64,000 nucleotides of DNA from Amoebidium appalachense (lineage: Eukaryota > Protista > Ichthyosporea): positions 682,001-746,000 of the forward strand of contig CAVNZM010000008.1 in the NCBI GenBank assembly GCA_963693365.1, written 5' to 3'. Shown piece by piece: positions 1 through 36,741 of this stretch. How positions within the stretch are numbered: the stretch's first letter is position 1; every line of letters begins with the position of its first letter. The translations under genes were made by a program, and so were the position numbers. Below the pieces are notes generated by a model. That model saw only the letters and a program-made list of their open reading frames with translations. It ran no database searches and was not told the DNA's origin.

Positions 1-42
1 GTGTGTGTGTGTGGGGGGGGGGGGGGGGGGGGGGGGGAGGAC

Positions 43-19950
<19,908 letters not shown>

Positions 19951-20385
19951 CCACCACACATCGTTAGAGCATGCCTCGGGGAGGGGACAGGCGGGCCCCG
20001 GGGGGGGGGGGGGGGGGGGGTTGCATCTGATTTGCCTATTGTATGGTGAAAAGGTTGTAACTGCACGCACTCAGGACTGTTTTATACTTCTGTTCGAGAG
20101 CTCCTCGACGGGGAGGGGGGGGGGGGGGGGGGGAAGGGGGGGGGGGGGATGGGGGGAGGGGACCTTGTCCAAGACTGGGTAAGGCCGTGGTGATGTAGAG
20201 GCAACTAGGCCAAAAGAACAGGCTCACACAGTGAGAGGTGCAAACATGCTAACAGGTCGCACATAAAAAAAAAAAGAAAAAATGTTGAGGTTGGGGCAAG
20301 ATGGTTTTAGAGAAATGAAAATGGCGCTGTAAGCGCAGGAAACCGGCACCAAGTAAATAATTTGCATAGGCCTGGGGGGGCATTG

Positions 20386-20431
<46 letters not shown>

Positions 20432-20813
20432 GGGGGGGGGGGGGGGGGGGGGGGTATCCAGCACGAAGTACCAAAAGAACGCACAGCTGGCATCGCGAAA
20501 TAGATATGCAAAAAAGCCACACACATAGTTATGTGAAAACAAACTCGAACAGGTATGGCAACACGAACACACACAGACATGCAAAAACTAACACACAGAG
20601 GTGCCAATACCTGCACACACGGTCATCAGTAAACTCTCTTTCGGCGCTTTGGCCGGTTTTTAATCGCTTGGCCGGGCGCTCCTTGGTCACCTTTTTGGGA
20701 GAAGCACAACCTACAGCAAAAAAAAAAAAAAAAAAGGTTTAGGTAGGAAGAGGGATTGTTGTGTGTAGGCTGCGGGGGGTGTACGTGTCTTTGTGTGTTG
20801 GGGGGAGGGGGAA

Positions 20814-20849
<36 letters not shown>

Positions 20850-20876
20850 GGGGGGGGGGGGGGAGGGGGGGGGGTT

Positions 20877-21062
20877 TTGAATGCGTCAAAAAGTACGAAG
20901 TACACAAGAACAAACGGATAACACGATGCAGAATGCAAGCCATACATAAAGAGTATGCATAATAAGCAGAGCCCATCCTCAGGGGGGGCCCACGTCATCC
21001 ACAGTACCCGAGTTTCGACCTATTCCCCTCGTTAACGAAACCCAACTCAGATACTGTTTCAC
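20877..21062 (-). repeat. Copy of a dispersed ~110-190-bp repeat family
   Basis: GATGGGCTCTGCTTATTATGCATACTC..GTACTTCGTA..GACGCATTCAAA. Close copy at ~47303-47408; diverged copies at ~41905-41990, ~31518-31770, ~30380-30510 and ~12730-12890. Confidence 0.7.
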
Positions 21063-21676
21063 TTGAACATGAGTAGGTCACCCGTCTTGATCAGAGACGA
21101 GCAGGGTTGCTTATGCAGGCAAGGGCAGTGGGAAAGGCCGGGGGTTAAAGTTGCAGCAGTAAGCAGAAGCAAGAAAAATATAGATAGGAACTCAGGAGAC
21201 GGGGCTTCTAGGAAGCTCCCCCGTCGATACCTAAGTCGATACTTCCCTGGCTAACATACTACACCAGCTGAAAAGAATTAAGTCCCGAAGGCCACAGAAT
21301 TCGTAATCAGAGGGGAAAATATGAGATTTGACCCACGCCGCAGGGTAGTAACACGCTTACTAGGGCGGAACTTTATCGTCTTCGAACGGAAAGCTATGCC
21401 CCCGGATGTCAGCCGGAAATATGGTATCACCCATTGCTTTGGGCTTGAAAAAAGCCAAACCGATAGTCCGAGTTATGTTACGCCGGCGGGTAACATGCCG
21501 CATGGGTTCCAAGGGAGCTGTCGCCAACAGAGCGGTGTGTGCATGCGTGCGCGTAACGCAATGTGTGAAGTGTGTCTATAGCTATGAAAGGGGGTATGCA
21601 GAAGTGGACAGATGAAGTGTGTGGAGAGAAAAACAGTAAGAAGAAAAGTAGACACCGGTATGTGCAACCCCGCACA

Positions 21677-21711
<35 letters not shown>

Positions 21712-21772
21712 AATAAGCGAAGATTACAGGTAATCAACCAGAACAACAAATGACAAGCAAAACAACAGGCGC

Positions 21773-21807
<35 letters not shown>

Positions 21808-21812
21808 AGGAA

Positions 21813-21879
<67 letters not shown>

Positions 21880-22124
21880 AGGGGGGGGAGGGGGGGGGAG
21901 GGGGGGGGGGAGGGGGGATTGGCACATTTTGATTCCTTGTGTATTGTCTTCGCGAGAAGGTGGGATGGGGGAATTTAACTTGAAACATAAGGAACAGTGA
22001 TCCCGTAGGAGGGGAAAGAGGGGGGGAGGGGGAGGGGGGAGGAGAAGGGGGGGGGGGGGGGGGGAGTCAAAGTATGTGAGCTTGGACATCAAGTGGGCAA
22101 CGTGCAGGCTCTGTGGGCACTAGA

Positions 22125-22267
22125 GTGGGTCTATGCATTTATATGTGGGTCTATGCATTTATATGTGGGTCTATGCATTTATGTGTGGGTCTATGCATTT
22201 ATATGTGGGTCTATGCATTTATATGTGGGTCTATGCATTTATATGTGGGTCTATGCATTTATATGTG
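22125..22267. repeat. 20-bp minisatellite, ~7 copies
   Basis: Unit GTGGGTCTATGCATTTATAT. Confidence 0.95.
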
Positions 22268-22903
22268 CCTGCCTGTGTACGTGCCTCTAGTGATGCCTGT
22301 GCGTGTGCGTCACAATCTGTACGTGTCAGTGTGTGCAGGTAGGCAGGTGTGCTGGCCCGTGTGCCCGTGTGCACGTGCAGGTCCAGATTGTTTTTTGTGT
22401 TTGTGCTTGTGCAGTTCAATACGTGCCTGGTATGCCAGATCAATCAGTGTCTATCAGCCTTCCCATCATCTCGAAATCCGAGCGGGTAAAGTGTGTGGGG
22501 TGCTTGGGTGTATGCGTTTATGTTTGTCTGTGCTCGCGTGCATGCATGTATCTGTGTATGCCTGCCTGCCAGCCTGCCTGCCCATCTGCCTGCACGCCTG
22601 TGTGCCTGTGTGCCTGTTGTGTGTGTGCGTGCTAGACTGTGTGTGGCTGATGTGTGTGTGTGTGCATGCCTGCTGGGGTGGGTGTGTGTGTACGTATGTG
22701 AGCATCTGTTTGAGCATGTCATTGGCTTTGCAAGGCGGTGTGGTTTCGAGAGTGTGGTGGAATGTGTGGTTGGGTGTGGGTGTGGGTGTGGGTATGAACG
22801 TGGGCGGAAGTGTCGTGTCCGTGTGTTTGTCCTTGTGTGTTATGTGTGTGTGCGTGCCTGTGTGCGTGCCTGTGCCTGTGTGTGTGTGTGTACGTGTACG
22901 TGT

Positions 22904-22937
<34 letters not shown>

Positions 22938-23229
22938 ATCGTTTCTGTGTGTGTGTGTGTGTGTACAACTGCTTCTGTGAGTGTGCGTGCATGTTTTGTT
23001 TAAACAACCAAAAGCGACTGGCGTGTGTATACGTGGGCACTCGGACCGTGTGTGTGTGTCTGGCCTCGAAGCATGAGTGCTTATCTTCATACATGCATAC
23101 GTGAGAGACCTAGGTCCAGCAAGACTCACCTGTGTCCCCATCTTTTGCTCCCCTTGCCATCACCTATAGTCTGCCGTAGCCCTGTGCCCCAGCCCTCAGC
23201 AAACCACATGCACATCTATTTCCTCTCAC

Positions 23230-23962
23230 ATTCGCTCCATCTGAAGGCTGGTGAGGAACCACCGGAGAAATTCCCTATTCTTTGCGCACAACTTGACTGA
23301 AAGTCCAGTGTAAAGGGGCAGCGAAATTCCTTGGCAAAGTTTAGTTTCCAACTCTGGGCACAGATTGAATTCATTAGCTCTAGACCCCTTCAAGATTCTG
23401 CAACTTGTTGCACACTCATCTGCCAGACAAGCCACCGTTCTTTACTCCTCCCCTGTCCCCTCCTCCCCCCGCGCCCCCCCCCTTCCCCCCCTGCCCCCCC
23501 CCCCCCCCCCCCCCCCCCCCTTCCCCCCCACGCTCTCCCCCCCCCTCCCCCCCCCCCCCTCGCCCCATCCCTTCCCTCCTGTCCCATCCCCTCCTTCTCT
23601 CCCCCTTCCTTTTCCACACCTCCTACCTGTCAGCAGAGCATTGCAGCGCACAGAGGGAGAAACGGCTGCGTGCAGGCCTAACCTGATTACCCTCTGAGCT
23701 ACTGTGTGGGCTGGTCTAAAAATTCGCAAGGACTCGTCTTCGTGGCTGACTCAGGCATACATACATCCACAAAAGTCCGGCTTTTTTGTGCGCACAAATG
23801 CTGCCCGCTACTCTATAGTTTAGGCCAATCCGGAATGTGTACTAGTTGGCTTAGTCGGTTGTATAAAAACTAAAAAAAGAGTAGGAGTATTGCTCTCAGC
23901 ACACACTGACTCGCGCTGCTGGTGTCTGTGACCGGCGTTGCAGGCTGGGCTGGCATCATGAT
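23230..23962 (-). CDS. Possible 5' exons of an unidentified gene (or distal 5' exons of the KMT2C/D-like gene)
   Basis: ATG at ~23959 just downstream of a CCAAT/CRE cluster. Three phase-compatible GT-AG exons: MMPAQPATPVTDTSSAS-QLGLHAAVSPSVRCNALLT-DECATSCRILKGSRANEFNLCPELETKLCQGISLPLYTGLSVKLCAKNREFLRWF. Continuation unresolved. Confidence 0.35.
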
Positions 23963-24004
23963 GTCGCAAACACAAACGGAAACGGAAAATTTTGGCGCGT
24001 AATG

Positions 24005-24040
24005 AGAACCAATCAAAATGGGCCTTAGTGACGTCACGCC
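24005..24040. promoter_or_regulatory. Putative promoter: CCAAT box plus full CRE palindrome
   Basis: AACCAATCA (24007-24015) and GTGACGTCAC (24028-24037) in a CpG-rich, repeat-free patch just upstream of a minus-strand ATG. Confidence 0.45.
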
Positions 24041-24215
24041 GTCATGGGCGCGCGGCTGCCCGGCCGACTTCACTTGCAAAAAAAAGAAACAGCAAGCCTA
24101 CGGACAAGAAATATTCAACAGCGATAAGGACTTTGCATATGCAGGTGGCCGGGGGAGGGAACTTGGGGGGCGGGGGGGGGGGGGGGGGGGGTTGTGTCTT
24201 CTTTGTTTTTGGGAG

Positions 24216-24250
<35 letters not shown>

Positions 24251-25028
24251 GGTGCTGTAGGATTAGGGTGGGGGAGGAGGGGGGCCAGGGGCCGGGGTTG
24301 AAGGGGCCGAAAACGGGGGGAGAGGGGGGCGGGGGGGGGGGAAATGCCATAGCGAGCTCTTTCGGTCGGTGCCATCTATGAAGACTGCAGTGCAAGTCAT
24401 CGGCAAGGAATTCACAAGTCGCGAGGCTAGTGCTGTGCCATGTCGCAACCTATCGACTCAAATGGATGATAATGGCTGAACTTTCGCCAAATACGGCCTG
24501 AATTTAGGCTTTTGGCTGTTAAAACTCTGTTCAACTGCCGTAGTGCAGCTGCCGTAGGGCAGGCCTGTATACATGCACATAGAAGCAACACCTCCACCCT
24601 AGGCCTCTTCGAACTCCTTGTCCTCCGTCTCACCCCCCCCCTCTCCCCCTCTGCATCCCAAACAAACCCCCTCTCCCTTATTCTCTCCCCTTGATGAGTT
24701 GCACGTGGGTCTTCTCAGTATGATTAGTCCGTATTCCTTTCCGCTACAGGAACTGGTTTTTACAGTCTACAAATGAGAATGACACTCCATCGATCGATCC
24801 TTTGCCATGGTCCGTTGAAAACGACGTCTTCCATTCTTGTTTAATCTTATTCCGCCACCCTTTTCCACGGTTGGCCGGTAAACCCAATTTATAACCGACC
24901 AGCTTCATGCCCATATCCCAAGCAAGTTCAGTTCCACTTATGCATTATGACACGACCGAGAGCAACGTTACTTTTAACCCATGCCACATCCTGAGGAGTG
25001 AGCTGGGAGGGGGGGGGGGGAGGGGGGG

Positions 25029-25059
<31 letters not shown>

Positions 25060-27367
25060 AGGGAGGAGGGGGCCCTCTGGTGTGTATGTATGTGGAGGAG
25101 GGGGCCCTCTGGTGTGTATGTATGTGCGTGCCTTTTGGAGGGGAGGAGGAGGGGGAGGGGGGAGGAGGGGGGAGGCCCTAGGGGAGGTTTGGAGGGGGGA
25201 GGGGGGGAAGCTCTAATTAGCCTATATTTGCTGGGGTTGTGGGGGGGAGGGGGTGTGGGGGGGTTGTGTTACAAGATGGCCGCGGGCAATTAGGGGGGAG
25301 GGGGAAGGGGGTAATACGCTGGAGCGCTGCTTACTACCTCAATGCACGCCATTCTGGTGAATTCTCGTGTGATATTGATCAGTACCCTGGGGCTTACAAT
25401 TTCTTCCTGCATTCGCCTGTACGTGTCGACCATGTACCCGCGTGTTGCAAACGAAGCCCCGGTTTAGGAGTGTTGAAATGTTTGGCACGCACCTACAGTA
25501 TACTTGAGGCACCCGCGCACATCCAGCTTTTTGCACACATCACACACGGACACACGCATTCGTGTGTATGCCGAAAGTGTCCCCACAGTGCCCAGACATG
25601 ACTGCCTTCACCAGGCCTCGTACGTGAAGCCTAGCACTGCCTAGCACAGCTCACAACTACAACGTTTCTCGGCGTGATAACGTCCAGGCCCCGAATTCCA
25701 ACGATTCCTTTGACCCAATCGTTGCCTTAACTTTACTACCAGATATGGGCAGCGATAATTGAGCCAATCGTTTATCAGACTTGCCGGTCAGTTGCTCATT
25801 TAGATTATGTATCTCATTGAAGGTCTGTGAATGGAATGTGCATAGGCAAGATGTGTTAGCGTCTAACATTCAGCGTTTAATCATCTACAAACATTATTAT
25901 CTACTGGGAAGATTTCCGAACTCATTTGTAAGGGCTTATTTTCATCGTGATGGAAATTACGGAGTTATATCTGGACTGCACTAAACGTATTTGCTAAATA
26001 TCATGCACTGCTTTTGTCATTCTAATGAATGACATTGATTGGATAGACACGCACCAGTTGAACAACGCATTTCCCCTTGTGATTGTGAAACATGTGATTT
26101 GTACACTGATCATGCTTGAGCCTGCTTGAGTCACAGCTCACAACAGTCCACATCCAGACCTAAGCGACTTCATACCTGTTTTGGCGTAGACAGGCCCGAC
26201 ACTATGCCACCCCAAATGCACAGTAGCAGTAGTTCTGTTCGTTCAGTTCTAGTTGGGGTGATGGTTTAGGCTATTTTGCACACGCAGTCAAGGTGTACCT
26301 GGCCCTGGTGTTGTGGCAAAGAACTGCATGCCCAGCTGTCCTTACCTGCTAATCATTACAAACCAACCTTCCTCTGGCTTTTTTATTGTGCTGGCTGCTG
26401 GCTTTGATTCGGAAAACACCATCCGTAAACAAGGTTGGTGCACGTGGGCCATTGGGTGGCCGGGGAGCTCGAGAGTGACACAAACACGCACGGCGTCATT
26501 TAAAGTAAGTGCACACACACACACACACACAGCAATCACACACGCACACCCATACACACTGCACACACACACGCATGTACGCACACGCACAAACCACACA
26601 CATAATTACGTTTGCACAAACACAGGCACGCGTGCCTATACGCGCGCACACACACACGCACACAGAAACAAATGCAATGGCAGGCCCTACGGTAACAGCG
26701 TGTGTACGCGTACACATTCTTATGCACGGTTTCAACTGGCTGGCACAGTGTGGCACAAAGACACTGCTATAGCGCGCAAACACAGTACCAATGCACGCAC
26801 ACATGCACACACAGCCTGTACACATCTAAACACACACAACGTATTCCTTCGTACATAGCGTAATACGCATATTGGAATACCAACACCATGGACACACACG
26901 GTACTGACGCCATGACAAGCAGACACACACGAGCACGGTGGCACACACATCACATGCACGTGCTGATGTTCACTGCAGGCCATTGCACATTACACCGAAT
27001 CACTCACATGTATGTTCAGCTATTTATCGCGCGCGTTCTCCGAGGCTCGCTCCCTTCCATCTCCTTCACCTCGCTAACCGTTGGCATTCCCTCGCTCCCT
27101 CCTTTCCCCCCACACACACTCACACCGGTACCATCCCACCCGACACACGCACATGCTGTAACTGTTACACGACACACATTCTACACAAAACTCTTTCACT
27201 CCCACACAGGCACATCACATCTAAAAACCAACATGAACGGATTTGTGTTTCATTCTGAGAGGGCAACGGTTGCCCCAAACGGAAACATCGCGACACTGTG
27301 ACAAAATGTGGGCAACCCTTATTCAGGCATAGGGGGTCATTTTTAGTGTAAATCTGAACTATATGCA

Positions 27368-27421
27368 ACGACCCAATCAAAATCAAACAGAGCATTTTAA
27401 ATCACGTGACTGTCAGCAAAA
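27368..27421 (+). promoter_or_regulatory. Putative promoter: CCAAT box plus E-box
   Basis: CCCAATCA (27372-27379) and TCACGTGAC (27402-27410) immediately upstream of the ATG at 27422. Confidence 0.4.
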
Positions 27422-30973
<3,552 letters not shown>

Positions 30974-31468
30974 AGACAAGGTTTATGCTCTTCCGAAATT
31001 ATATCGTGACATGAAAATTCCTCCCCCCTCCCCTCCCCCCCCCCCCCCACACGCACACACACAAACACACACACACAAACCTCCCCAAACCGCCTCTTCC
31101 TTTCATTCCCGGAAATGAACTTCAGGAGCTTATGCTTAACCCATGATCAATGCAAAGCAAGTTACTAAAAGATCCGCCTCACTCACCTCCCCCTCCCCCC
31201 CCCCCCCCCCCCCCCCCGATTCCCCCACCCCACCTCTTTCTCCCCACTCCGGATCCCTTCGAAACCATGTGCACATGCACACAAGTTCATCTTTGAAGTT
31301 CCGCCAGTATCGTGGTTGGATGGGTCCCCTTCCCTCTATCTCTCTTGTATTGAGTTGCGCCCTACCTACCTCCTACCCACATGCTGCCCGTCATCTTTCC
31401 GAGTGTATGCCCTCAACATGCGCCGATAGACCCGAGCAGAAATCCTATCACATGCCAATCGCTTTGAC

Positions 31469-31502
<34 letters not shown>

Positions 31503-31543
31503 TGCCCACTTCCCTTTTGGATGGGTTCTGCTTCTGATCCATA

Positions 31544-31724
31544 CTGTTTTGTGTATGCTTTGCCACACTTACATTGCATGCTGTTTTGTGTATGCTTTGC
31601 CACACTTACATTGCATGCTGTTTTGTGTATGCTTTGCCACACTTACATTGCATGCTGTTTTGTGTATGCTTTGCCACACTTACATGGCATGCTGTTTTGT
31701 GTATGCTTTGCCACACTTACATTG
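31544..31724. repeat. 37-bp minisatellite, ~5 copies
   Basis: Unit CTGTTTTGTGTATGCTTTGCCACACTTACATTGCATG, starting at 31544, 31581, 31618, 31655 and 31692. Confidence 0.92.
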
Positions 31725-31772
31725 CGTTATTCACGATGGACGTGTTCTTCGTACTCTTTGAAGGATTCTAAG

Positions 31773-31810
<38 letters not shown>

Positions 31811-32335
31811 CGCCCCCCTCCGTGCCACTAGCTGCCCACAGGACACCAGCCAGGAGTTCTGCCACCACCCCGGCAATTATTCCAACAGATCCGACCAGCC
31901 CAGTACCCCCCCCCCCACCCCCCCCCACCCCACCCGCCGGCCTAATGCACCCGAGTCAAGATAAGCGTTGTGTGGTGGGCTCTTACCTCTTACATTCTGA
32001 GCCGATATCCCCGCTCATACGCCCCCATAGCCGCTATCATCCCTCATCCCCGCGCCCATTCGTAGTCGACAGTCTCCTTTCTACCCCCACTACCACACAT
32101 AGGGATGTATGTTCTTATTCCTCCCTTAAGTCATCTCTCCTCTCTTCTGTCCTCCCACCTCCTGATATAACCTCTCCTCTCTAATGGCCTCCCTCATCCG
32201 GTATATCCCCCCTCGTTTCTTCTAACCTCTTTCCTCCTCAGTTGTATCCTCCCTTCTCCTTTTATGTCCTTCCTCTTACCATCCCCATGATCATCTCCCG
32301 AATCTCTTCCCATCCTCTATCAACACACACCCCCC

Positions 32336-32366
<31 letters not shown>

Positions 32367-32582
32367 AAAAAAAAAAAAAAGAAAAGAAAAAGAAAAAAAA
32401 AAAGGCCGCACCATGAAACCCACACGTCTTCGTATGGGTAGAGGCTGGGAGGCTACCGTGTCAGCAGGACTCCAATGCAGAGACTCATGGTCATTTGAGG
32501 TGGCCACATGCATGCAGTCAGACCACAGCCATGCCCCCCTGTTTCAATCCTTTTTCACCTCTGACCACTCCTCTGACGATCC

Positions 32583-32625
<43 letters not shown>

Positions 32626-32627
32626 CA

Positions 32628-32662
<35 letters not shown>

Positions 32663-34291
32663 CAGAAACCAACTGTGAGCTTCAGGGCAGCAAAAAATGT
32701 GCACATACAGGCTTAACCAGCATAATCCTGGGCCCACCTGTCGAAAAATCCCTGAGCATGCGCAGTAAAAGCTCCACATGATGTCCATATGTATTGTCCT
32801 GCTGGGAGAATGTTCATGCAGGCTCTCGAGGTGAAGCAGAGATATGTGTCTGTATGTGCTTTCTGTGGCCACGGTGTGTGTGTGCGCATGAATGTGCACA
32901 CGCCCATGTAAGGGAGAGGGTATAGACTTTCCTTGAAGTTGTAAGCAGTTGTTGTGACTGCCAAGTTGAATGAACGGTTGCATGTAACAGTTTATAAAAC
33001 GTGCAACTGAGGGAGCTAGAGCCACCTGCATATGCAGAGGATCCGGAAGTTTGAATTGATTTGTTCGAGTGTGGTGGTATGCTTGATGCTGTGGGTCATT
33101 GGTCAGTATCAATCTAATGAATTGGGCAGCGTGTCCAAACTACTACAACAACAAGTTGTCAACAACCACAGCAAAAAAAATAAGCACCAATGCGCCGGTA
33201 GCATTAGTTGAACGAACCGGCCTGTCGAACCAATGGCAGTGTGCGGTTAAATCATAATACTTTTACTACAATAGAGTAAGATCTAACTACAATACACACA
33301 TGCTTGTGCATATTAAAGACTCGAAAACACATTCATGCATTTGCGCAATCAACCCATTTAGCCACGTACAATAACCCCCCCCACCCACCCACACACACAC
33401 GCAAAAAAAAAAAAGAAAAGAAAAACTGTATGGCGCCGCTTCCGCACCTGCCTTGCTTCTCCGAGCCTACTGTAGTACAAAGACGTATCTCTGCTCTGAA
33501 CCAATGCCCCCCCCCCCCCCTTCCCCTCAAACACCCCACCCAACCCCATCCCTCTCTCCTCGGCTGATTTTTGCGGTGCAGGGATAGTTCACTAATACGG
33601 TATGTATGCCCCCTAATCCCTCCCCCTTGGCTCTGACCACTGTTGGGTAAAACACAGCACCACTAAATCCACACTGCACATAGAACGGCAGTCACCCCCT
33701 CCTCGTTTCTCCCCTCTTATTCTGAGGAATTCAGCTGACCATCTTGGTTTCTGTCTCAGATCCCCCTCCGCCCACACCATCTCCTTGGTGCGGGCGAAAA
33801 TCTCCCTCTTGCCGCCTACAGTAATAGACCCATCCCCCCCTCCCCCCCCCCCCCCCCCCCACACACACACACGCACCAAAAAAAAAAAAATCCTCCTCTG
33901 CACACATCTGACCTTGCACAGTGGTCTTGCATTCCAACACGCACTGGGACCTTTCAACAAATTCTGGGTAAACTTGCTGCACTTATATCACATGTTTGCC
34001 ATTGATTACGGGAGAAAACGAAACACTTGGGGCCAGCAATACCAAAAACATGGAGATATTTTGGTTTACCCCAAGTACTGCTGCGATTAAAAGGGATTAT
34101 TGGATCACGACGATTCTTTCCATACAACATTCTCATAATGCACAAAAACGTCATTCGACACTGTTACGACTTCAAAACTGCCGGCACGCTATTGCTAAGT
34201 TGTCGGCGTATTATCACTACGTAGTATTATATGCTCATTACAGAAAAAACGTGTACGCACGAAAGATGTAACACGTGTGTGTGCACTGTGG

Positions 34292-34330
<39 letters not shown>

Positions 34331-34414
34331 CAGCAATACAGGGGTTTTGTGTTATCGATCGTTCAGCTATAGAGATCACACTCTTTTGGTTCCATTTCTG
34401 CTCATCTCAACCTA

Positions 34415-35227
34415 TTAGTACCATAACCAGGCCTGGTTCTGTGGCTCATATCCGTCCCGTGGCTTGCACTTCCACGTGATCACCGGCCCATTATGGTGTT
34501 GGTGTTCCACATCTGCACAGAATGAAGTCATGTTGTTCACCAGCCGCTCGCCATCCAATCCTCCAAACAACCACCTCCCCTGATACTCACTGTCACACTC
34601 AACCAGTGACAGCCTTTGTTCCATCTCTTGTGGATCTCCATCTGCCACACCAAAGCAACGCCCGTCTATAGACTTAACCTCCAGGGTGCAGGGGTCTACG
34701 CACACACGTGTGTAGTTAACCTCGTTGCATTCGCCCACGGATATTTCGTTGTCCTCGTTAGTGTACATGCACTGCTTCACCAGTCTGTTTCTGAGCCCCA
34801 TGGCAGTCTCGTTGAGGTTTGTTGCGTTGCAGAGAGGAACCCAGTCCTCCAGCTCAGCCAAGCCTGTGATGTTGCATTCTATTTCTATGCTGGCTGTTGC
34901 ATTGGTCGTGCTCGTGGGAGTGGGCGTAGGTGTGGGAGATACTGAAGGAGTTGCTTTTGCTCTTCGCAGGTCAACAGTGGGTGGTTGTGCGGTACTGTGG
35001 TTAGATGGAGGGTTGGTTGGCACGGGGGCGGGGCCCGGAAAGCTGCTCATGCTGGCAGGCCTTGGCATGGTTGAGAATACCACGTCGCGGCGCATGTATG
35101 CATGTGGATTGTCGGTGGAGGCATCATAGCTTCCACCCTTCAACATAGATGCCCACAGTACCATTCCAATTACCACCAGACTACTTGCTAGCACCCAGCG
35201 GCTGGCTGGGATCCTATCCGCAGCCAT
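34415..35227 (-). CDS. Intronless membrane-anchored (type II) or secreted protein with Pro/Thr stalk and C-terminal ricin-B (beta-trefoil) lectin domain, 270 aa
   Basis: N-terminal hydrophobic segment WVLASSLVVIGMVLWASML, a PT-rich linker, then three trefoil subdomains (LRNRLVKQCMY..SVGEC; KSIDGRCFGV..LSLVECDSEYQGRW; LVNNMTSFCADV..VITWKC..NQAW) ending in the typical NQxW. Confidence 0.8.
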   Translation of the reverse strand: MAADRIPASRWVLASSLVVIGMVLWASMLKGGSYDASTDNPHAYMRRDVVFSTMPRPASMSSFPGPAPVPTNPPSNHSTAQPPTVDLRRAKATPSVSPTPTPTPTSTTNATASIEIECNITGLAELEDWVPLCNATNLNETAMGLRNRLVKQCMYTNEDNEISVGECNEVNYTRVCVDPCTLEVKSIDGRCFGVADGDPQEMEQRLSLVECDSEYQGRWLFGGLDGERLVNNMTSFCADVEHQHHNGPVITWKCKPRDGYEPQNQAWLWY

Positions 35228-35661
35228 TTTAACAATTCAAGAGGTAGTTTGCAAAACTATAAGTAGGCTAGAAGTAGGTCACCCAAGATCTGTAGGCCGA
35301 CTTATCGAACCCCTACCAGGTTCAGCCAGCAAATGACCTCTAGTAGGAACGTCGTCTGAATTGTTCACTGGTCCTAGGGAAACGGTGTATTCACATCAGG
35401 CGTATAGTATGGTATGGTTTTTCCCTAGAGATCTCTGCCGTTTATACCCTTCGCCGTTCTACCCACGCAAACCACTATGCTATACCTAGTTACAGACAAG
35501 GTTTTTGGTGCTTATAACAGACAAAACGGCATCTTATGACCCACATGCACGGTGGTATGTACAGTGTGGACTACGAATGACCCAATCAGCTACCAATTTA
35601 AAATGCGGGCAGATGATAGCATGATATTCAACGAAATGGCTACGCCTTAGCCATCTAAGAC

Positions 35662-35939
35662 TAAGCCTATGTAGATCTATCCCAAAGAACTACCTAAATA
35701 TCATATTGCTTTTCTCCCGATCTATCACAAAACCTACCTAAATATCATAGATCATATCCCGGAAAATCCCGAAAAATGGACCTAAATATCAAGTTCATCT
35801 ATCCCTTGGGCCCCTATCTATCCCGAGAAATATCATTTTTCTCTCGCTGAAGCCTAAATATCCGGGCTAATATCCGGTGCTAAACTTAGCCCGGCGGGCA
35901 GGTATCCATAATATTTCGAAGACTCAGGCCTAAGTATCA

Positions 35940-36022
<83 letters not shown>

Positions 36023-36046
36023 GGGTGGGTGGGTGGGTGGGTGGGT

Positions 36047-36116
<70 letters not shown>

Positions 36117-36228
36117 ATGCATGCATGCATAAAAAGGATATGCATATGGATCATATGCACCATTACGTACGTGTGAGTCGTGACAAGTCTGCAGTGCACG
36201 TGTGGCCGGCCCCGGCCTCGATTGAGGG

Positions 36229-36275
<47 letters not shown>

Positions 36276-36741
36276 GGAATAACTTGTATGCATGCATGAA
36301 TAAGAGTATGTGTGCACGAACCAGAAGGCCAAAGGCAGCTGGGGGGGGGGGGGGGGGGGGGGGGGAACTCAAGGCACGGGACGGTCTTGCCACCACAATG
36401 AAATTTTATCCTTGCTCACGTCGACTACTTATCTTCTACTACATATACATGACTTTTTATCAGCCTGACTTTGCTCTCGTTCACAACCTTGATCTTAGCC
36501 TATTTGCTGTGATATCCCTGGCCACAAACATATACAATATATCCCTAAACCCACGGGATACCTAAATCTATCCTGAGCGCTCGACCGGGATATATCCACC
36601 CCCTGTGGATATTGGAAATCCCGCCCCTCCCTAAATATCATTTGGAACTATCCCAAAACTGCCTAAATATCCGGATATATCCCATATCCCGAGGACCCCT
36701 AAATATCCTGTGGAGATGCGGGATTTTTTTACATAGGCTTA
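35662..36741. mobile_element. Non-autonomous hAT-like DNA transposon (1080 bp)
   Basis: Perfect 12-bp TIRs: TAAGCCTATGTA (35662-35673) and TACATAGGCTTA (36730-36741). Flanked by the 8-bp direct repeat TCTAAGAC (35654-35661 and 36742-36749). Many subterminal CCTAAATATC/TATCC motifs at both ends. No transposase. Confidence 0.85.

Noticed and set aside
20990-21062. Hammerhead ribozyme or tRNA-derived Pol III B-box in the hairpin repeat
   Set aside because: CTGAGTT does not fit the CUGANGA core; GAGTTTCGACC is only a loose B-box, with no A-box or cloverleaf.
24427-26500. Short ORFs in the repeat-poor stretch
   Set aside because: No recognisable motifs, and I could not build a consistent exon chain.
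33731-34154. Possible additional 3' exons of the lectin gene
   Set aside because: The lectin ORF already ends at a typical terminal NQxW followed by a stop, and the downstream frames show no identifiable similarity.
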